Assembly: GCA_964460795.1 (NCBI GenBank)
Contig: CAYWRU010000001.1
Span: 19,116 to 83,115 of the forward strand
DNA: 64,000 nt
Source: an uncultured bacterium
GTDB taxonomy: Bacteria; Omnitrophota; Omnitrophia; Omnitrophales; Aquincolibacteriaceae
Direction: 5' to 3'
Made by a program: the position numbers and the translations under genes. The notes under the pieces were generated by a model. It was given only the letters and a program-made list of their open reading frames with translations. It did no database searches and was not told the origin of the DNA. Of this stretch, positions 49,966 to 58,845 are shown piece after piece. Every line of letters starts with the position of its first letter. Position 1 is the stretch's first letter.

Positions 49966-50269
49966 ATCCGAAGTTTGGAGCGGACTGGGTCCCGCACCCT
50001 GGGCACTGCGTAGCGTACTTGTACTTCATAGTGCCGCATACGCCGCAGCGGGTCTGGTTACCCTGAGCCCCTGTAATAGGATTGGCCCGCTGCTGCTGAC
50101 TGGCTCGGTACGAATTGTCCGCATTGATGAAGCTTTGCATCACGCTTTCGAGGCTTGGCTGCGGTGCCGGCTTGGGCGCCGTAAGACGAGCAACCCCGAA
50201 CCCAATGCCGACCAAAACAACCAACACAAGGACCGCAATGCCGGCCACCACGAACTTGTTGCGAAACAT
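49961..50269 (-). CDS. TM plus zinc-ribbon protein (102 aa)
   Basis: TM VVAGIAVLVLVVLVGIGFGV. C-terminal CGVCGT...CPGCGT. Confidence 0.6.
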   Translation of the reverse strand: MFRNKFVVAGIAVLVLVVLVGIGFGVARLTAPKPAPQPSLESVMQSFINADNSYRASQQQRANPITGAQGNQTRCGVCGTMKYKYATQCPGCGTQSAPNFGS

Positions 50270-50343
50270 AGCTTATCTCCCCAAACTAAGTGCGACCAAT
50301 TCGGGCCGCGCGATGCGGCCGCAAAATGCATGGCCGCTATACG

Positions 50344-51033
50344 TTAATCAGTCAAAACTGCTTCGCGTCGAAGTGCGTAACCGAATTCGACTCGGTACGT
50401 ACTATTGTTTTCGTGCTCAACGAACGCATACTGCACGATGTCGACGCCGTCCAATTGCGTCTTTCGGCTGTAATCCCAAACGGACACGTACCGCTTAGTT
50501 ACTTCATCCGTCTCAACCTTTCCGCTGCCATCGGTATCGGCAATGTCAGTGACCGTGCCCATGATGGCTTTACGTCGGCCGTCAAGTCGCGAGTAATGCG
50601 ATTGGACGCCGTCGGTTTCGATGATGAACTTACCTTCGGGATCTTCTAGAGCGCCGGCAATGCCTGAGTCGGCTTCAGCCTCTTCGTGCAAGTGCAAAGC
50701 GATCAGGTACAGCTTGCCGTACTTTTTGTATGCACGAAGTCGGATAGCTTGGTCCATGCCGTCTTTAGAGCCGATGAGCGAATAATCGCACCACTGCTCT
50801 CCGGAGATGCTGGATTCAAACTGACTCAATTTCGTGACGCGAAACTGGACACCGGTGAAATCGATTCCTTCCAACCTCACGGGGTATCCCACCAACAATT
50901 CCAACGGATTGAAGACAGTGTCTTCTGTCCGCTTAGGCTGGGCGGGTGGAGCGGGCGACGCAGCCGGCTTTGAGCCAAACAACGCCACCAAGAACTTCCA
51001 CCCTCTAACAAGCAGGCTGATAATCCAGGCCAT
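50344..51033 (-). CDS. N-terminally anchored protein of unknown function (229 aa)
   Basis: TM MAWIISLLVRGWKFLVALF, then a beta-rich domain. No motif named with confidence. Confidence 0.55.
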   Translation of the reverse strand: MAWIISLLVRGWKFLVALFGSKPAASPAPPAQPKRTEDTVFNPLELLVGYPVRLEGIDFTGVQFRVTKLSQFESSISGEQWCDYSLIGSKDGMDQAIRLRAYKKYGKLYLIALHLHEEAEADSGIAGALEDPEGKFIIETDGVQSHYSRLDGRRKAIMGTVTDIADTDGSGKVETDEVTKRYVSVWDYSRKTQLDGVDIVQYAFVEHENNSTYRVEFGYALRREAVLTD

Positions 51034-51047
51034 GCGTTCCTTTCGAG

Positions 51048-51620
51048 TTAGAACCCATTACGCGCTTTGGCTACCATGATCACCAAAGCAAGAAGTAGTA
51101 CAGTCAGCAAAACCCATCCAAAGACTTTTGCGGCTTTTTCTTGAGCCGCTTGTTCTTCTGGCGTCAACGGTTTGGGCGGAGCGCTTGATACGGTAGACGA
51201 CGGTTTGTCATCGTCATCGGAATCCCATCCCCAGAAAATCACACTGGGCGAGCTAGAAGTGGATGATCCGCTGCTTGACTTACTTGTCGTCGAAGGCGAA
51301 GAGCTTGTAGTGCTTTTCTTATCGCTCGTAGATCCCCAGGACCATGTGCTTCCGCCGCCGCTGGATTTGGTCGATCCGCTGTAGCTTGGGCTGCTGGACT
51401 TGGTTGAGCCGCCGGAGTAGGTGCTCGACTTGGAGCCGCCTGAATACGTGCTCGACTTAGAGCTGCCCCCGCTGTAGCTGGAGGAGCTTTTACTGCCTCC
51501 GCTATAACTGGACGAACTGCGCGACGACCCGCCCGAATAAGAGCTTTTGCCTGCGCTCCATGCTTCGATCGGGGCAAGGACTAAGGCCACGGACAAAAGG
51601 ACTGCTAGAAACCGATTCAT
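51048..51620 (-). CDS. Ser/Gly-repeat membrane protein (190 aa)
   Basis: Signal peptide, about 6 repeats of S-S-Y-S-G-G-S-x-K-S, DSDDDDK, and a C-terminal TM VFGWVLLTVLLLALVIMV. Confidence 0.6.
   Translation of the reverse strand: MNRFLAVLLSVALVLAPIEAWSAGKSSYSGGSSRSSSSYSGGSKSSSSYSGGSSKSSTYSGGSKSSTYSGGSTKSSSPSYSGSTKSSGGGSTWSWGSTSDKKSTTSSSPSTTSKSSSGSSTSSSPSVIFWGWDSDDDDKPSSTVSSAPPKPLTPEEQAAQEKAAKVFGWVLLTVLLLALVIMVAKARNGF
51336..51551 (-). repeat. coding tandem repeats (about 27-30 nt units, SSYSGGSKS)
   Basis: Imperfect tandem units read in the DNA and in the protein. Confidence 0.7.
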
Positions 51621-51622
51621 CG

Positions 51623-52540
51623 CTACTCCTTAGCGGTGGGGGCAACTGCTGTCGCCGGAACGGTAATGAAAGGAAGCTGCGTGTCACCGCTCATAAATTG
51701 CGGCATTTTGCCGTCCCACTTTTCCAGCGCTCGATACTGGAGAAGAGCCGGTGTAAGAGACTTGGTAATGGAATCGTTAGCCTGGGCTACGCCGAGCGCT
51801 TCGGTCTTTTTGGCTTCAGCCAGACCAGTAGCTTGCTCTTTGGCTTGCTCGGCTTCAGCCTTAATCTGTTCGACCTTTTCACGAGCAGCGGCAGCGGATT
51901 GTTGAGCCTCAATGGTGCGGTTAATAGCCGCTTCGATATTTGGAGGCCAACGCAGCGCGCCGATGAATGTCACCATGTCGATTTCAAAGTCATCACCGAT
52001 TTCTTCAATCAGGCGTTTCTTAGCGTCGACCAGCAACTTTTCGCGACCAGGGCCGTACAGGTCTTTGAGCGTCATCGAGCCGGCAAGGTTGTTGATGGCA
52101 TCGCGGATCTTGCCGCGCATGAACTCACGCACGACCTTTTCCTTGTCTTCAATGCCGCGCAGTTTTACGAAAACGTGCGGGATGCGCTCCCGTTTGATTT
52201 GGTAGTTTGCAGCAACGTCCGCGCCGATCTGCACGCCTTCACAGCTGAACGTGATACCTTCATCCGTGGGCGAGCCCTCGTTGTTATCCTTGGTCCAGAT
52301 GGCTCGGAGCATGTAGTTCGGGTACACGTAGATGCGCGTGGTCCAGTCGTTGTACCATACGCGACCGGTTTCAATCGTGATGTTATCGACACCGCGATCC
52401 TCGCCGTAGAGCGGAACCTTGATGCCGACGTGGCCCGGTTCGATCAGCTCACTGCTGCAGCCGGTGATAACCGGCGTAATAACCATACCACCGACGAGAA
52501 GACCCAAAACAAGGATCACTCGCGCTTTCAGATAATTCAT
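51623..52540 (-). CDS. SPFH/Band-7 (prohibitin/flotillin-like) lipoprotein (305 aa)
   Basis: Lipobox VITGC. GHVGIKVPLYGEDRGV..ETGRVWYN..YVYP is SPFH-like. C-terminal AQQSAAAAREKVEQIKAEAEQAKEQA helix. Confidence 0.7.
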   Translation of the reverse strand: MNYLKARVILVLGLLVGGMVITPVITGCSSELIEPGHVGIKVPLYGEDRGVDNITIETGRVWYNDWTTRIYVYPNYMLRAIWTKDNNEGSPTDEGITFSCEGVQIGADVAANYQIKRERIPHVFVKLRGIEDKEKVVREFMRGKIRDAINNLAGSMTLKDLYGPGREKLLVDAKKRLIEEIGDDFEIDMVTFIGALRWPPNIEAAINRTIEAQQSAAAAREKVEQIKAEAEQAKEQATGLAEAKKTEALGVAQANDSITKSLTPALLQYRALEKWDGKMPQFMSGDTQLPFITVPATAVAPTAKE

Positions 52541-52555
52541 GCCTTCACTCCGTTA

Positions 52556-52771
52556 TTATTCTTTTTCCTTAATCAGTACGCGCAGCAGGGCTCGCACCCA
52601 GTAAACCGCGATAATGATATCCAGAAAGAAGATGCCGATGGTTCCGAGTACGCCGAGCATCGACGTATTACTGGCTCGAGATACCATGTTTGTCGTATAC
52701 GTAGTACCTGCGATGGTACTGATAACGACGAGAATGGCGATAAACGCCAGGCCGATGAGTTTCGGCAACAT
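52556..52771 (-). CDS. small two-TM membrane protein (71 aa)
   Basis: Track ORF. TAATG junction with the upstream small ORF. Confidence 0.5.
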   Translation of the reverse strand: MLPKLIGLAFIAILVVISTIAGTTYTTNMVSRASNTSMLGVLGTIGIFFLDIIIAVYWVRALLRVLIKEKE

Positions 52772-52950
52772 TAGGTAACACTTTCTTTGAGAGCTTTGAG
52801 CTTGAAGCGGGCGCGCTTCAATTTCTCTTTTGTCTTTTTGACCTCATCCTTGCTCACGTTTGCCAGGAAGTTTTCAGAGGCCAAGCGCCGTTCCAGGAAT
52901 TTGACGTACTCCGTTTCGTGCTGCAGTTGCTGCTCAATTCGCTTGTTCAT
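52771..52950 (-). CDS. small helical basic protein (59 aa)
   Basis: Found manually. MNKRIEQQLQHETEYVKFLERRL. Confidence 0.4.
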   Translation of the reverse strand: MNKRIEQQLQHETEYVKFLERRLASENFLANVSKDEVKKTKEKLKRARFKLKALKESVT

Positions 52951-53151
52951 GTTAAACCTCGCGGGGCCTAGGTCTCCGTCCCCCTCAGTCCGTCACGCCC
53001 TAGGCCCCGCGCACAATTTTTACTGTCGGCCGAGAAGAGGCTTCAGATCACAGGCAAACAAGTAATCTAGGTAGTCCCGGAATTCGCTATCAGACATAGC
53101 GCTGATTTCTTCCGGTGAAACTAGATCAAAGTCTCTGCGGCCGACTGCTCT

Positions 53152-54012
53152 CTAGCCGCCGTGGTTTTCGGCAAGCTCGCCAAGCTGCTTCACGCGCTCG
53201 GCCACCTTTTCGTAAGTGTCCTGTTGAAGCGCAACCGCGCCGATCAGGAGTTCTTTCATCTGTGCGAACGTGAAACCGTCCGACAGTTCGACGAGATGCG
53301 TAATCTTCTCGTCGTCCAGTTCACCTTGGCTGAGCTGCGTGACGTACTTTGTCCGAATGTTCTTCGGCACCGGCCCAACTTCAATCTGGCGATCAATGCG
53401 CGACGGGCGATACAGGATACGCGCCGGAATGGCGTTCAGGTCGTTGGCCGTGGCCAAGTACATGATGCCGTTGCGTGTGGTTCCGAAACCGTCGAGGATT
53501 TTCAACCACCAGTCTTCAAGGCGGGCGTTGTTCTTGAGCAACGAATCGAAGTCGTCCATGATCGCCAACATAGGGCGATCCGGCTCGTACTGGTTGAGCT
53601 TGTTGAAGCAGCCGTAGAACCCGTCCGGTTTTTCGTTGACGATGGCGACGAGGCCGTCCATCTTGATGATCTTGCCGGCGAACTGGCGAACGATGGCCGT
53701 TTTGCCTGTGCCAGGAGGGCCGTGCAATACGATGCCGCGTTTGTGGGTGAGGCCCCATTTGCGGTATCGGGGCGCTGCCGCCCAGAAGGCCTTGAACTCT
53801 TGGAAGAGCGTCGTGACGCGTTCGTCGTCGTCGCTTTCCACGAGCATGTCTTCTTGTGCCTTATCTTGTTCGGCGTGTACGTTGCCGAACATATCGCGGG
53901 AGAAACGATAGGCGCCGGCCGGAAGGCGATCCGGCATGCGTTCTTTCTGCTGCAGAGCCGAGGTCATGAAAGAGTTGTCACCGGTCATCTGCCAAGCAAT
54001 CTGCGCGCTCAT
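53152..54012 (-). CDS. classical AAA+ ATPase (286 aa)
   Basis: Walker A LHGPPGTGKTAI, Walker B AIMDDFDSLL, second region of homology YRPSRIDRQIEV. Confidence 0.8.
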   Translation of the reverse strand: MSAQIAWQMTGDNSFMTSALQQKERMPDRLPAGAYRFSRDMFGNVHAEQDKAQEDMLVESDDDERVTTLFQEFKAFWAAAPRYRKWGLTHKRGIVLHGPPGTGKTAIVRQFAGKIIKMDGLVAIVNEKPDGFYGCFNKLNQYEPDRPMLAIMDDFDSLLKNNARLEDWWLKILDGFGTTRNGIMYLATANDLNAIPARILYRPSRIDRQIEVGPVPKNIRTKYVTQLSQGELDDEKITHLVELSDGFTFAQMKELLIGAVALQQDTYEKVAERVKQLGELAENHGG

Positions 54013-54072
54013 TTAGAGACTCCATTCAAATTAAACGGTTCAACTGAATTGCCTATTCAAAGTTGTCGCGGG

Positions 54073-54798
54073 CTATAGCCCGAATGTTTTTGCCAACAAG
54101 TTAACGCTGAGCGTCAACATTGGCTGATGTTTGGGCGAGGAAGCAATGGCTTGCTTGACCTGATCACCTAGCTGCACAGAGTCGCAGATAGGGAAGTAAT
54201 CGCACCAAGAATGCACGGCTGCCGATACGTCAGCGCCTTTATCGCTGACATCTTCGGCAAGTATGCCGGCGGCGATGAGTACGTACTTGTTTCCGTCGTC
54301 TATCTGCTTTTGCAGATTAGGCCGAATGATGTCGTACTGATCCTGTAGCCGAATCTTAAGCAGCTTCTCTCCGATGTAGGCTTTGGAGTGGAGGGCAACT
54401 AATCCGTTTATGTAACGGTTGCCGTCAGCGGCCTCCCAAGGGCCATCGGACATATGCCATGCGACGGCTACGCCGTCCAGCAAGCCTTTGCCTGAAAACG
54501 AAGTAAGAGCAAGCTCATTGGCCTTTTCCTTTGTTAGGACAAAGTTCTGCTTGCCGTTGCAATACCACGACAGCTCGCCTTCCATAAGGTGACACTGTTC
54601 GATGGTAAGCTCGCCGGATGCGAACAAACCCGACGCAATGTACTCGTATAGCGTCAACCCGATGCTTCTGACAAAGTCGACTTCTTTTGGGTCAGTACCG
54701 GCCGGCAGCGATGCCGTGATTGCGCGGTCGGTGAGTCCAAAAGGCGTCGGAACAAACGATTGCTCCATGTGAAATTTCCGTGAGGTATGGATGACCAA
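54073..54798 (-). CDS. hypothetical protein (up to 241 aa; start uncertain)
   Basis: Track ORF with a TTG start. The alternative ATG is at 54768. Confidence 0.5.
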   Translation of the reverse strand: MVIHTSRKFHMEQSFVPTPFGLTDRAITASLPAGTDPKEVDFVRSIGLTLYEYIASGLFASGELTIEQCHLMEGELSWYCNGKQNFVLTKEKANELALTSFSGKGLLDGVAVAWHMSDGPWEAADGNRYINGLVALHSKAYIGEKLLKIRLQDQYDIIRPNLQKQIDDGNKYVLIAAGILAEDVSDKGADVSAAVHSWCDYFPICDSVQLGDQVKQAIASSPKHQPMLTLSVNLLAKTFGL

Positions 54799-54830
54799 AT
54801 ATTGTGACGCCCTAAAGGGCGTTATTTAGT

Positions 54831-55382
54831 CTAATAGGCTCTAACCTCCCATATGACGGCGTTACGGTACGGTATACAACCTACGGCCTTATCAAAGGCG
54901 GAAAACTCAACAGCGCCGTCCGGATGGTCATCTAGAAGCTCCATCAGGTCGTCATAGCTATTAGGCCACAGGTGCCGCTGAAGCAGCATCTTGGCGCGAA
55001 GACCTGTAGCCGTTAGCGAAGCTTTCCTGTTAATGGCGTCACGAAGCGCTATACCGCGTTCCGTGCTGTACTGCAGGTCCAAGCCGGTCGTCTGCCTGGA
55101 AAGCTCTCCCTGGATCAATAAGAGATCGTCAGGGGGCGTTTCATTGAAGTGGAAGTTCTCCGGCGGTTCAACCAAGGGCCACTTCTCTCGAAGCGCGTCT
55201 ACAGGCTGACCGTAAACAAAAAGGCCGGCAGTTTTTACGTGCCGGCAGGAGACCTTCCCGTGATATTCGCTGTCACATAGGGCAGCGTATGTTGTCCAAG
55301 TTCGCAGTTTATTGCCGAAAGCACCTTGTTCGTACATTCGGCGAAACTCGACCTTTGACTTGGGCGTCAAATGTATTGACAT
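54831..55382 (-). CDS. hypothetical protein (183 aa)
   Basis: Track ORF, 16-nt overlap with the upstream HD gene. Confidence 0.55.
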   Translation of the reverse strand: MSIHLTPKSKVEFRRMYEQGAFGNKLRTWTTYAALCDSEYHGKVSCRHVKTAGLFVYGQPVDALREKWPLVEPPENFHFNETPPDDLLLIQGELSRQTTGLDLQYSTERGIALRDAINRKASLTATGLRAKMLLQRHLWPNSYDDLMELLDDHPDGAVEFSAFDKAVGCIPYRNAVIWEVRAY

Positions 55383-55978
55383 AGCCTCTCAAGAAATTCA
55401 GCAGCAGCGTGATCAGGCGACCAGCACTCGATCTTGATGCTGTCTAGTAGCACAATGTCGGGCGTCCAACCCCAACCCTCACCTTTGCTCGGCATAAGTA
55501 CTTCAGCCTCGGCGCGAAGTACTAAGTTGTCGGCAAGCTTTATTGCTTTGTGGATTGCTTCTGAATCCACAATATCAAACTTCCGGCGAATCGCGTCCAT
55601 GATCGTCGTCTCAAGCTGGTGGTAGTTTGTTACCAGCGGCTTCAACGGACGAGGAAGATCAACAAGGTATGCCTCACTTGCGTCGTGCATCAAGCCGGCC
55701 AAAGCCAGCTTTGCGCCCGACGTTCCGCTATCCATAAACATTCCGAACGCGCGTTCAATAAGGTCATGGACATGGCAGCAGTGCTCGGCCACCGAATAAA
55801 ACCTATTCGTGTGGCCGGCATATCGGCACTGCTTAGAAAGAGCCAAGGCAATGTCGGCTACGATGATATCTTCGTTTTTCGGGTTTAAGATATCGAATCG
55901 AACTCCGGAATTGCACTCAATGAAACCGCCCCCATGAAGGTTGCCGGTTACGTCAATCTCTCTAATTACTGCAGTCAT
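55367..55978 (-). CDS. HD-domain phosphohydrolase (YfbR-like 5'-nucleotidase type)
   Basis: H..HD and downstream D: RFYSVAEHCCHVHD and LMHDASEAYLVDLPRPLK. Confidence 0.7.
   Translation of the reverse strand: MTAVIREIDVTGNLHGGGFIECNSGVRFDILNPKNEDIIVADIALALSKQCRYAGHTNRFYSVAEHCCHVHDLIERAFGMFMDSGTSGAKLALAGLMHDASEAYLVDLPRPLKPLVTNYHQLETTIMDAIRRKFDIVDSEAIHKAIKLADNLVLRAEAEVLMPSKGEGWGWTPDIVLLDSIKIECWSPDHAAAEFLERLCQYI
55743..55758 (-). repeat. palindromic element copy (intragenic)
   Basis: The plus strand reads ccgaacgcgcgttcaa. Lies inside the HD gene and encodes IERAFG. Confidence 0.6.
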
Positions 55979-55989
55979 TCATTCTCCAA

Positions 55990-57306
55990 TTACCACCGAC
56001 CGCCTGTATTAGGTACGCCGAACGATGCGCGGTCGTTGAAGTCGCCGCGCTCAGTCAAGATATCGCTGTAGCGTCGAATACACTGAGCCGCATCTTCGCG
56101 GTTCGAGGCAGGAAGGTGTGGGTCTTCGATCTCTCGCAAATACACTTCTTTGTCAGGCGTAATCGGAATTGGCTGAAGGATATCGCTATCCATTCCCTTT
56201 GGCGACACGTAGGCAAGAAAGCCAACAGGGCGCTGGTTCGATCCAAGCTTGATACGAGCGTTGCGCTGCAGTCCGCCTGTGGTATCGAACGGGAGTCCCA
56301 CAATTCGTTCCAGATCGACGGACAGCCAGTGCGTGTGGCCGGAGAGAACCCGGCGATACTGCTCGTTAGGCTGCATCTGACGCTGCTTGACGATGATTTC
56401 GTCCTTTACAGCGTTGATGAAAGATGGGGAATTTGGGCTGGTATTGGAATGCCCGAAGCCGTGACGAACCAAGGCATTGTACGTGCCAACGTCCGCAAGG
56501 TTAGCGGTTACACAGTCCCAGCTTAACTTGAAGTCCACGTTCTCAAGCGGGGCGCATAGGTTCTTAAGCGTCAAGAACAGCGTTTCGGACATGGACACGT
56601 TGTTTGCGTAATCGTGGTTACCACGCATTACATACCAACGAACCGGCGCTTTGGTGATCTTACGAAGGCTAGTAAGGAAGTCAAAAGCCTTAACGGCGCC
56701 GACTTGTACTTGCTCATTTACGTCGCAAGTCACCATGTCCAAATCCTGCTCACGGTAAATACCGCGGCCGGCCACCCAGTCGTCACCGGCTATGATTTGG
56801 ATTCGTTCCGGAAGATACTGTTCCACCAAGACGAGAAACTTCTCATGCAAACAACGACCGCATGATAGGAGATGGTTAGCATCTCCGTAATGGTGATCGG
56901 AAGCACGAAGAGTAAGTACGCCGCCCGTTCGGCTAGTGCTCTCAGCATGTTGAGCCCAGGTAAGTTGTTGACGAAGTCGAGCATTCTCTTGCTCAAGTTC
57001 GTGGATACGGCCGCGATCGGCGGCACGAGTATCGATTGGCGGATTTAAGGCATTAGCCTCAAGAACAGCCTGACGGCGCTGCGCAGTGGTCATCACCGGC
57101 ACGGCCGGCACTGTCGCAACTACTTGTTCTTGTCCTGCTTTCTCAGCGTCCTTGCGCAGCATGTACCAAGCGGTACGAACTGCTGCATACGTCCGGCCCA
57201 AACGAAGAGCACATTGCCCATACGGAACCGGCGGGTCCTGTGTCCGAAGAGAATGCAGAAGATTGAGATCTGCGTCGGACCAAGGAGTGTTCTGAAGATC
57301 AGCCAT
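55990..57306 (-). CDS. Myb/SANT-like N-terminal domain fused to calcineurin-like metallophosphoesterase (438 aa)
   Basis: N-terminus WSDADLNLL..LGRTYAAVRTAWYMLRK. Phosphoesterase motifs LRASDHHYGD, IIAGDDWVAGR, RGNHDY, SGHTHW. Confidence 0.75.
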   Translation of the reverse strand: MADLQNTPWSDADLNLLHSLRTQDPPVPYGQCALRLGRTYAAVRTAWYMLRKDAEKAGQEQVVATVPAVPVMTTAQRRQAVLEANALNPPIDTRAADRGRIHELEQENARLRQQLTWAQHAESTSRTGGVLTLRASDHHYGDANHLLSCGRCLHEKFLVLVEQYLPERIQIIAGDDWVAGRGIYREQDLDMVTCDVNEQVQVGAVKAFDFLTSLRKITKAPVRWYVMRGNHDYANNVSMSETLFLTLKNLCAPLENVDFKLSWDCVTANLADVGTYNALVRHGFGHSNTSPNSPSFINAVKDEIIVKQRQMQPNEQYRRVLSGHTHWLSVDLERIVGLPFDTTGGLQRNARIKLGSNQRPVGFLAYVSPKGMDSDILQPIPITPDKEVYLREIEDPHLPASNREDAAQCIRRYSDILTERGDFNDRASFGVPNTGGRW

Positions 57307-57603
57307 TAAGGTCTCCTGGCTAAGGATGAATTCACACCAAGTATATCAGGTGAATTCATCTCCGCTAGGAGTCGGCTAGAGACTTTCCAAAATAAATTAG
57401 ACGGCGCCCCACCATTCAAGATCTTCTAGATCAAGGTCGCTCGGGTCTTCGTCCATGTCATAGTCGTTACGAATGACGTATTGGTTTACCATGGCTTGGC
57501 TCCTTTGACTGGTTCCCGAAACAGGAACCCAATCTAGGAGCCGGCCGTAGGCTTCTCAACAGGCATTCTTTGTGCCGACAAAATTGCCTTACCTGGACGC
57601 TTA

Positions 57604-57864
57604 TCAGTTGTCCAGATTGCCCATTCGTACTGGCGGATTGGAGAGATTGCGCACAGGGGAGCGACTTGGATTTCGAATAAACCGCCTTGACGCGGCCAAG
57701 ACCGGTGTAGCCAGGTCTTGGGTTTCTTCGTCGCTTTCGTCGTAGAAATGACGGTACAAAAGTACGCAGCGGCCGGCCCCGTACATCGGCGGCTCGACAA
57801 CAAGCGGTGTGAGATCAAAGTGACCGTCGTCGTCAAAAAACCAAAATAGACGCGCTACTGTCAT
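57604..57864 (-). CDS. hypothetical protein (86 aa)
   Basis: ATGA overlap with the upstream stop. Preferred over the alternative-frame ORF 57534..57836. Confidence 0.45.
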   Translation of the reverse strand: MTVARLFWFFDDDGHFDLTPLVVEPPMYGAGRCVLLYRHFYDESDEETQDLATPVLAASRRFIRNPSRSPVRNLSNPPVRMGNLDN

Positions 57865-58841
57865 TGTGAGTCTCGCGAAACAAGCTTACGCCAGTAGCGC
57901 ATGCTTCCGTTGATCGAAGCCTGTACGGTGACGACGGCCGTCTCACCCTCGCCTACACGATCCGTGTTCTCATCGTACTTGTAGCTGCCCGTGCTTCCGA
58001 TTTCGGTCATAGCCGTATTGGATACCAGATCGGAACCGTCGGACCGATTGGTAACGGTGATGCTAGGCGACGTGATGCCGGATGTTTGCATGACGCCGTT
58101 TCGGTACCACGTTACGGTGTATTCGTCTTGGCTGTTGGCATCATCCACCACAAAGTCGACGTACGCGGCGTAGACGTCTTCTTCATCGCCAAGCAAGACG
58201 CCGTTTGTGCCTACGTTACCGCCGGCCGGCATGATAGCCGCACCAGCCGCAGTATACGCAAGAACAGGGCCGGTCGAGCTTACGGTTGGCACATAGGCAG
58301 GTGTGACGACGTACACGCTGGTCGTGTCTGGTGTCGTATTCCAAGCGTTTTCAACCGTAGCTGCTTTCGTAGTGCCGTTGTAGTCCGAAACAATGCGAGT
58401 CTGGCCTACGCCGGTTCCGCTAACGATCGTGACATATGCGCGGTTATACGTATCGTCGGTTGCACTGGCGGTAGCGGCCAAAGTGATGGAGCTAGAAGCT
58501 CCGGCCTGCGCTGTACCATAATGCGGCGAGCGAATCGTATCGTTTACGTCATAAGGCAGGATGTAGATGCTTTCGACCAGTACCGTCTGCGTTACGCCTG
58601 ACAGCGTCACGGAGGCGACTATATGCAGAGTCGTAGAGTTGGCCGTGCTGCTGCTGGTCGCATAAGTTCCGTAGTAGATGCCCGTACCGGCACTGGTGAA
58701 GTTCGTAGGACCGGCTACGGACGAGTACGAGGACGACCTGATGGTAAAGGTCGGAGTTGAGTCGGCGTTTACGTTGGCTCCGGTGTCGTCGTGCGTAGTG
58801 AGAAGAAACGCAACGGTAGTGCCGGCTTTGACGGTAATCAT
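57861..58841 (-). CDS. fibre/receptor-binding-like structural protein, paralog 1 (326 aa)
   Basis: S/T/A/G-rich and beta-rich. The C-terminal roughly 110 aa are homologous to 62703..63329: (E/R)Y(T/A)V.W(Y/F).NGV, SP(S/T)ITVT, G(S)(M/T)RYW.K.VSRDS. Confidence 0.55.
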   Translation of the reverse strand: MITVKAGTTVAFLLTTHDDTGANVNADSTPTFTIRSSSYSSVAGPTNFTSAGTGIYYGTYATSSSTANSTTLHIVASVTLSGVTQTVLVESIYILPYDVNDTIRSPHYGTAQAGASSSITLAATASATDDTYNRAYVTIVSGTGVGQTRIVSDYNGTTKAATVENAWNTTPDTTSVYVVTPAYVPTVSSTGPVLAYTAAGAAIMPAGGNVGTNGVLLGDEEDVYAAYVDFVVDDANSQDEYTVTWYRNGVMQTSGITSPSITVTNRSDGSDLVSNTAMTEIGSTGSYKYDENTDRVGEGETAVVTVQASINGSMRYWRKLVSRDSQ

Positions 58842-58845
58842 AGTG

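Noticed and set aside
51336-51551. Short tandem repeats that could be mistaken for a CRISPR-like array.
   Set aside because: The units are contiguous with no spacers, are imperfect, and lie in frame within a Ser/Gly-repeat protein.
51560-52774. Long plus-strand ORFs: 404 aa here, plus 53161..54078, 42921..43619, 7393..8085, 8099..8818, 24775..25422, 6724..7344 and others.
   Set aside because: Each lies antisense to a minus-strand gene that has clear family motifs (SPFH, AAA, JAB, RNAP and so on). Their products are Arg/Ser/Leu-rich with no motifs. They are typical shadow ORFs in GC-rich coding DNA.
52802-52821. TTGAAGCGGGCGCGCTTCAA, a palindrome resembling the TGAACGCGCGTTCA element.
   Set aside because: It has a different core and lacks the CACAAT flank. 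It is intragenic, so I did not count it as a copy.
57534-57836. Alternative 100-aa ORF overlapping 57604..57864.
   Set aside because: The other frame is coupled to the upstream stop by an ATGA overlap. Neither has motifs, so this remains low confidence.
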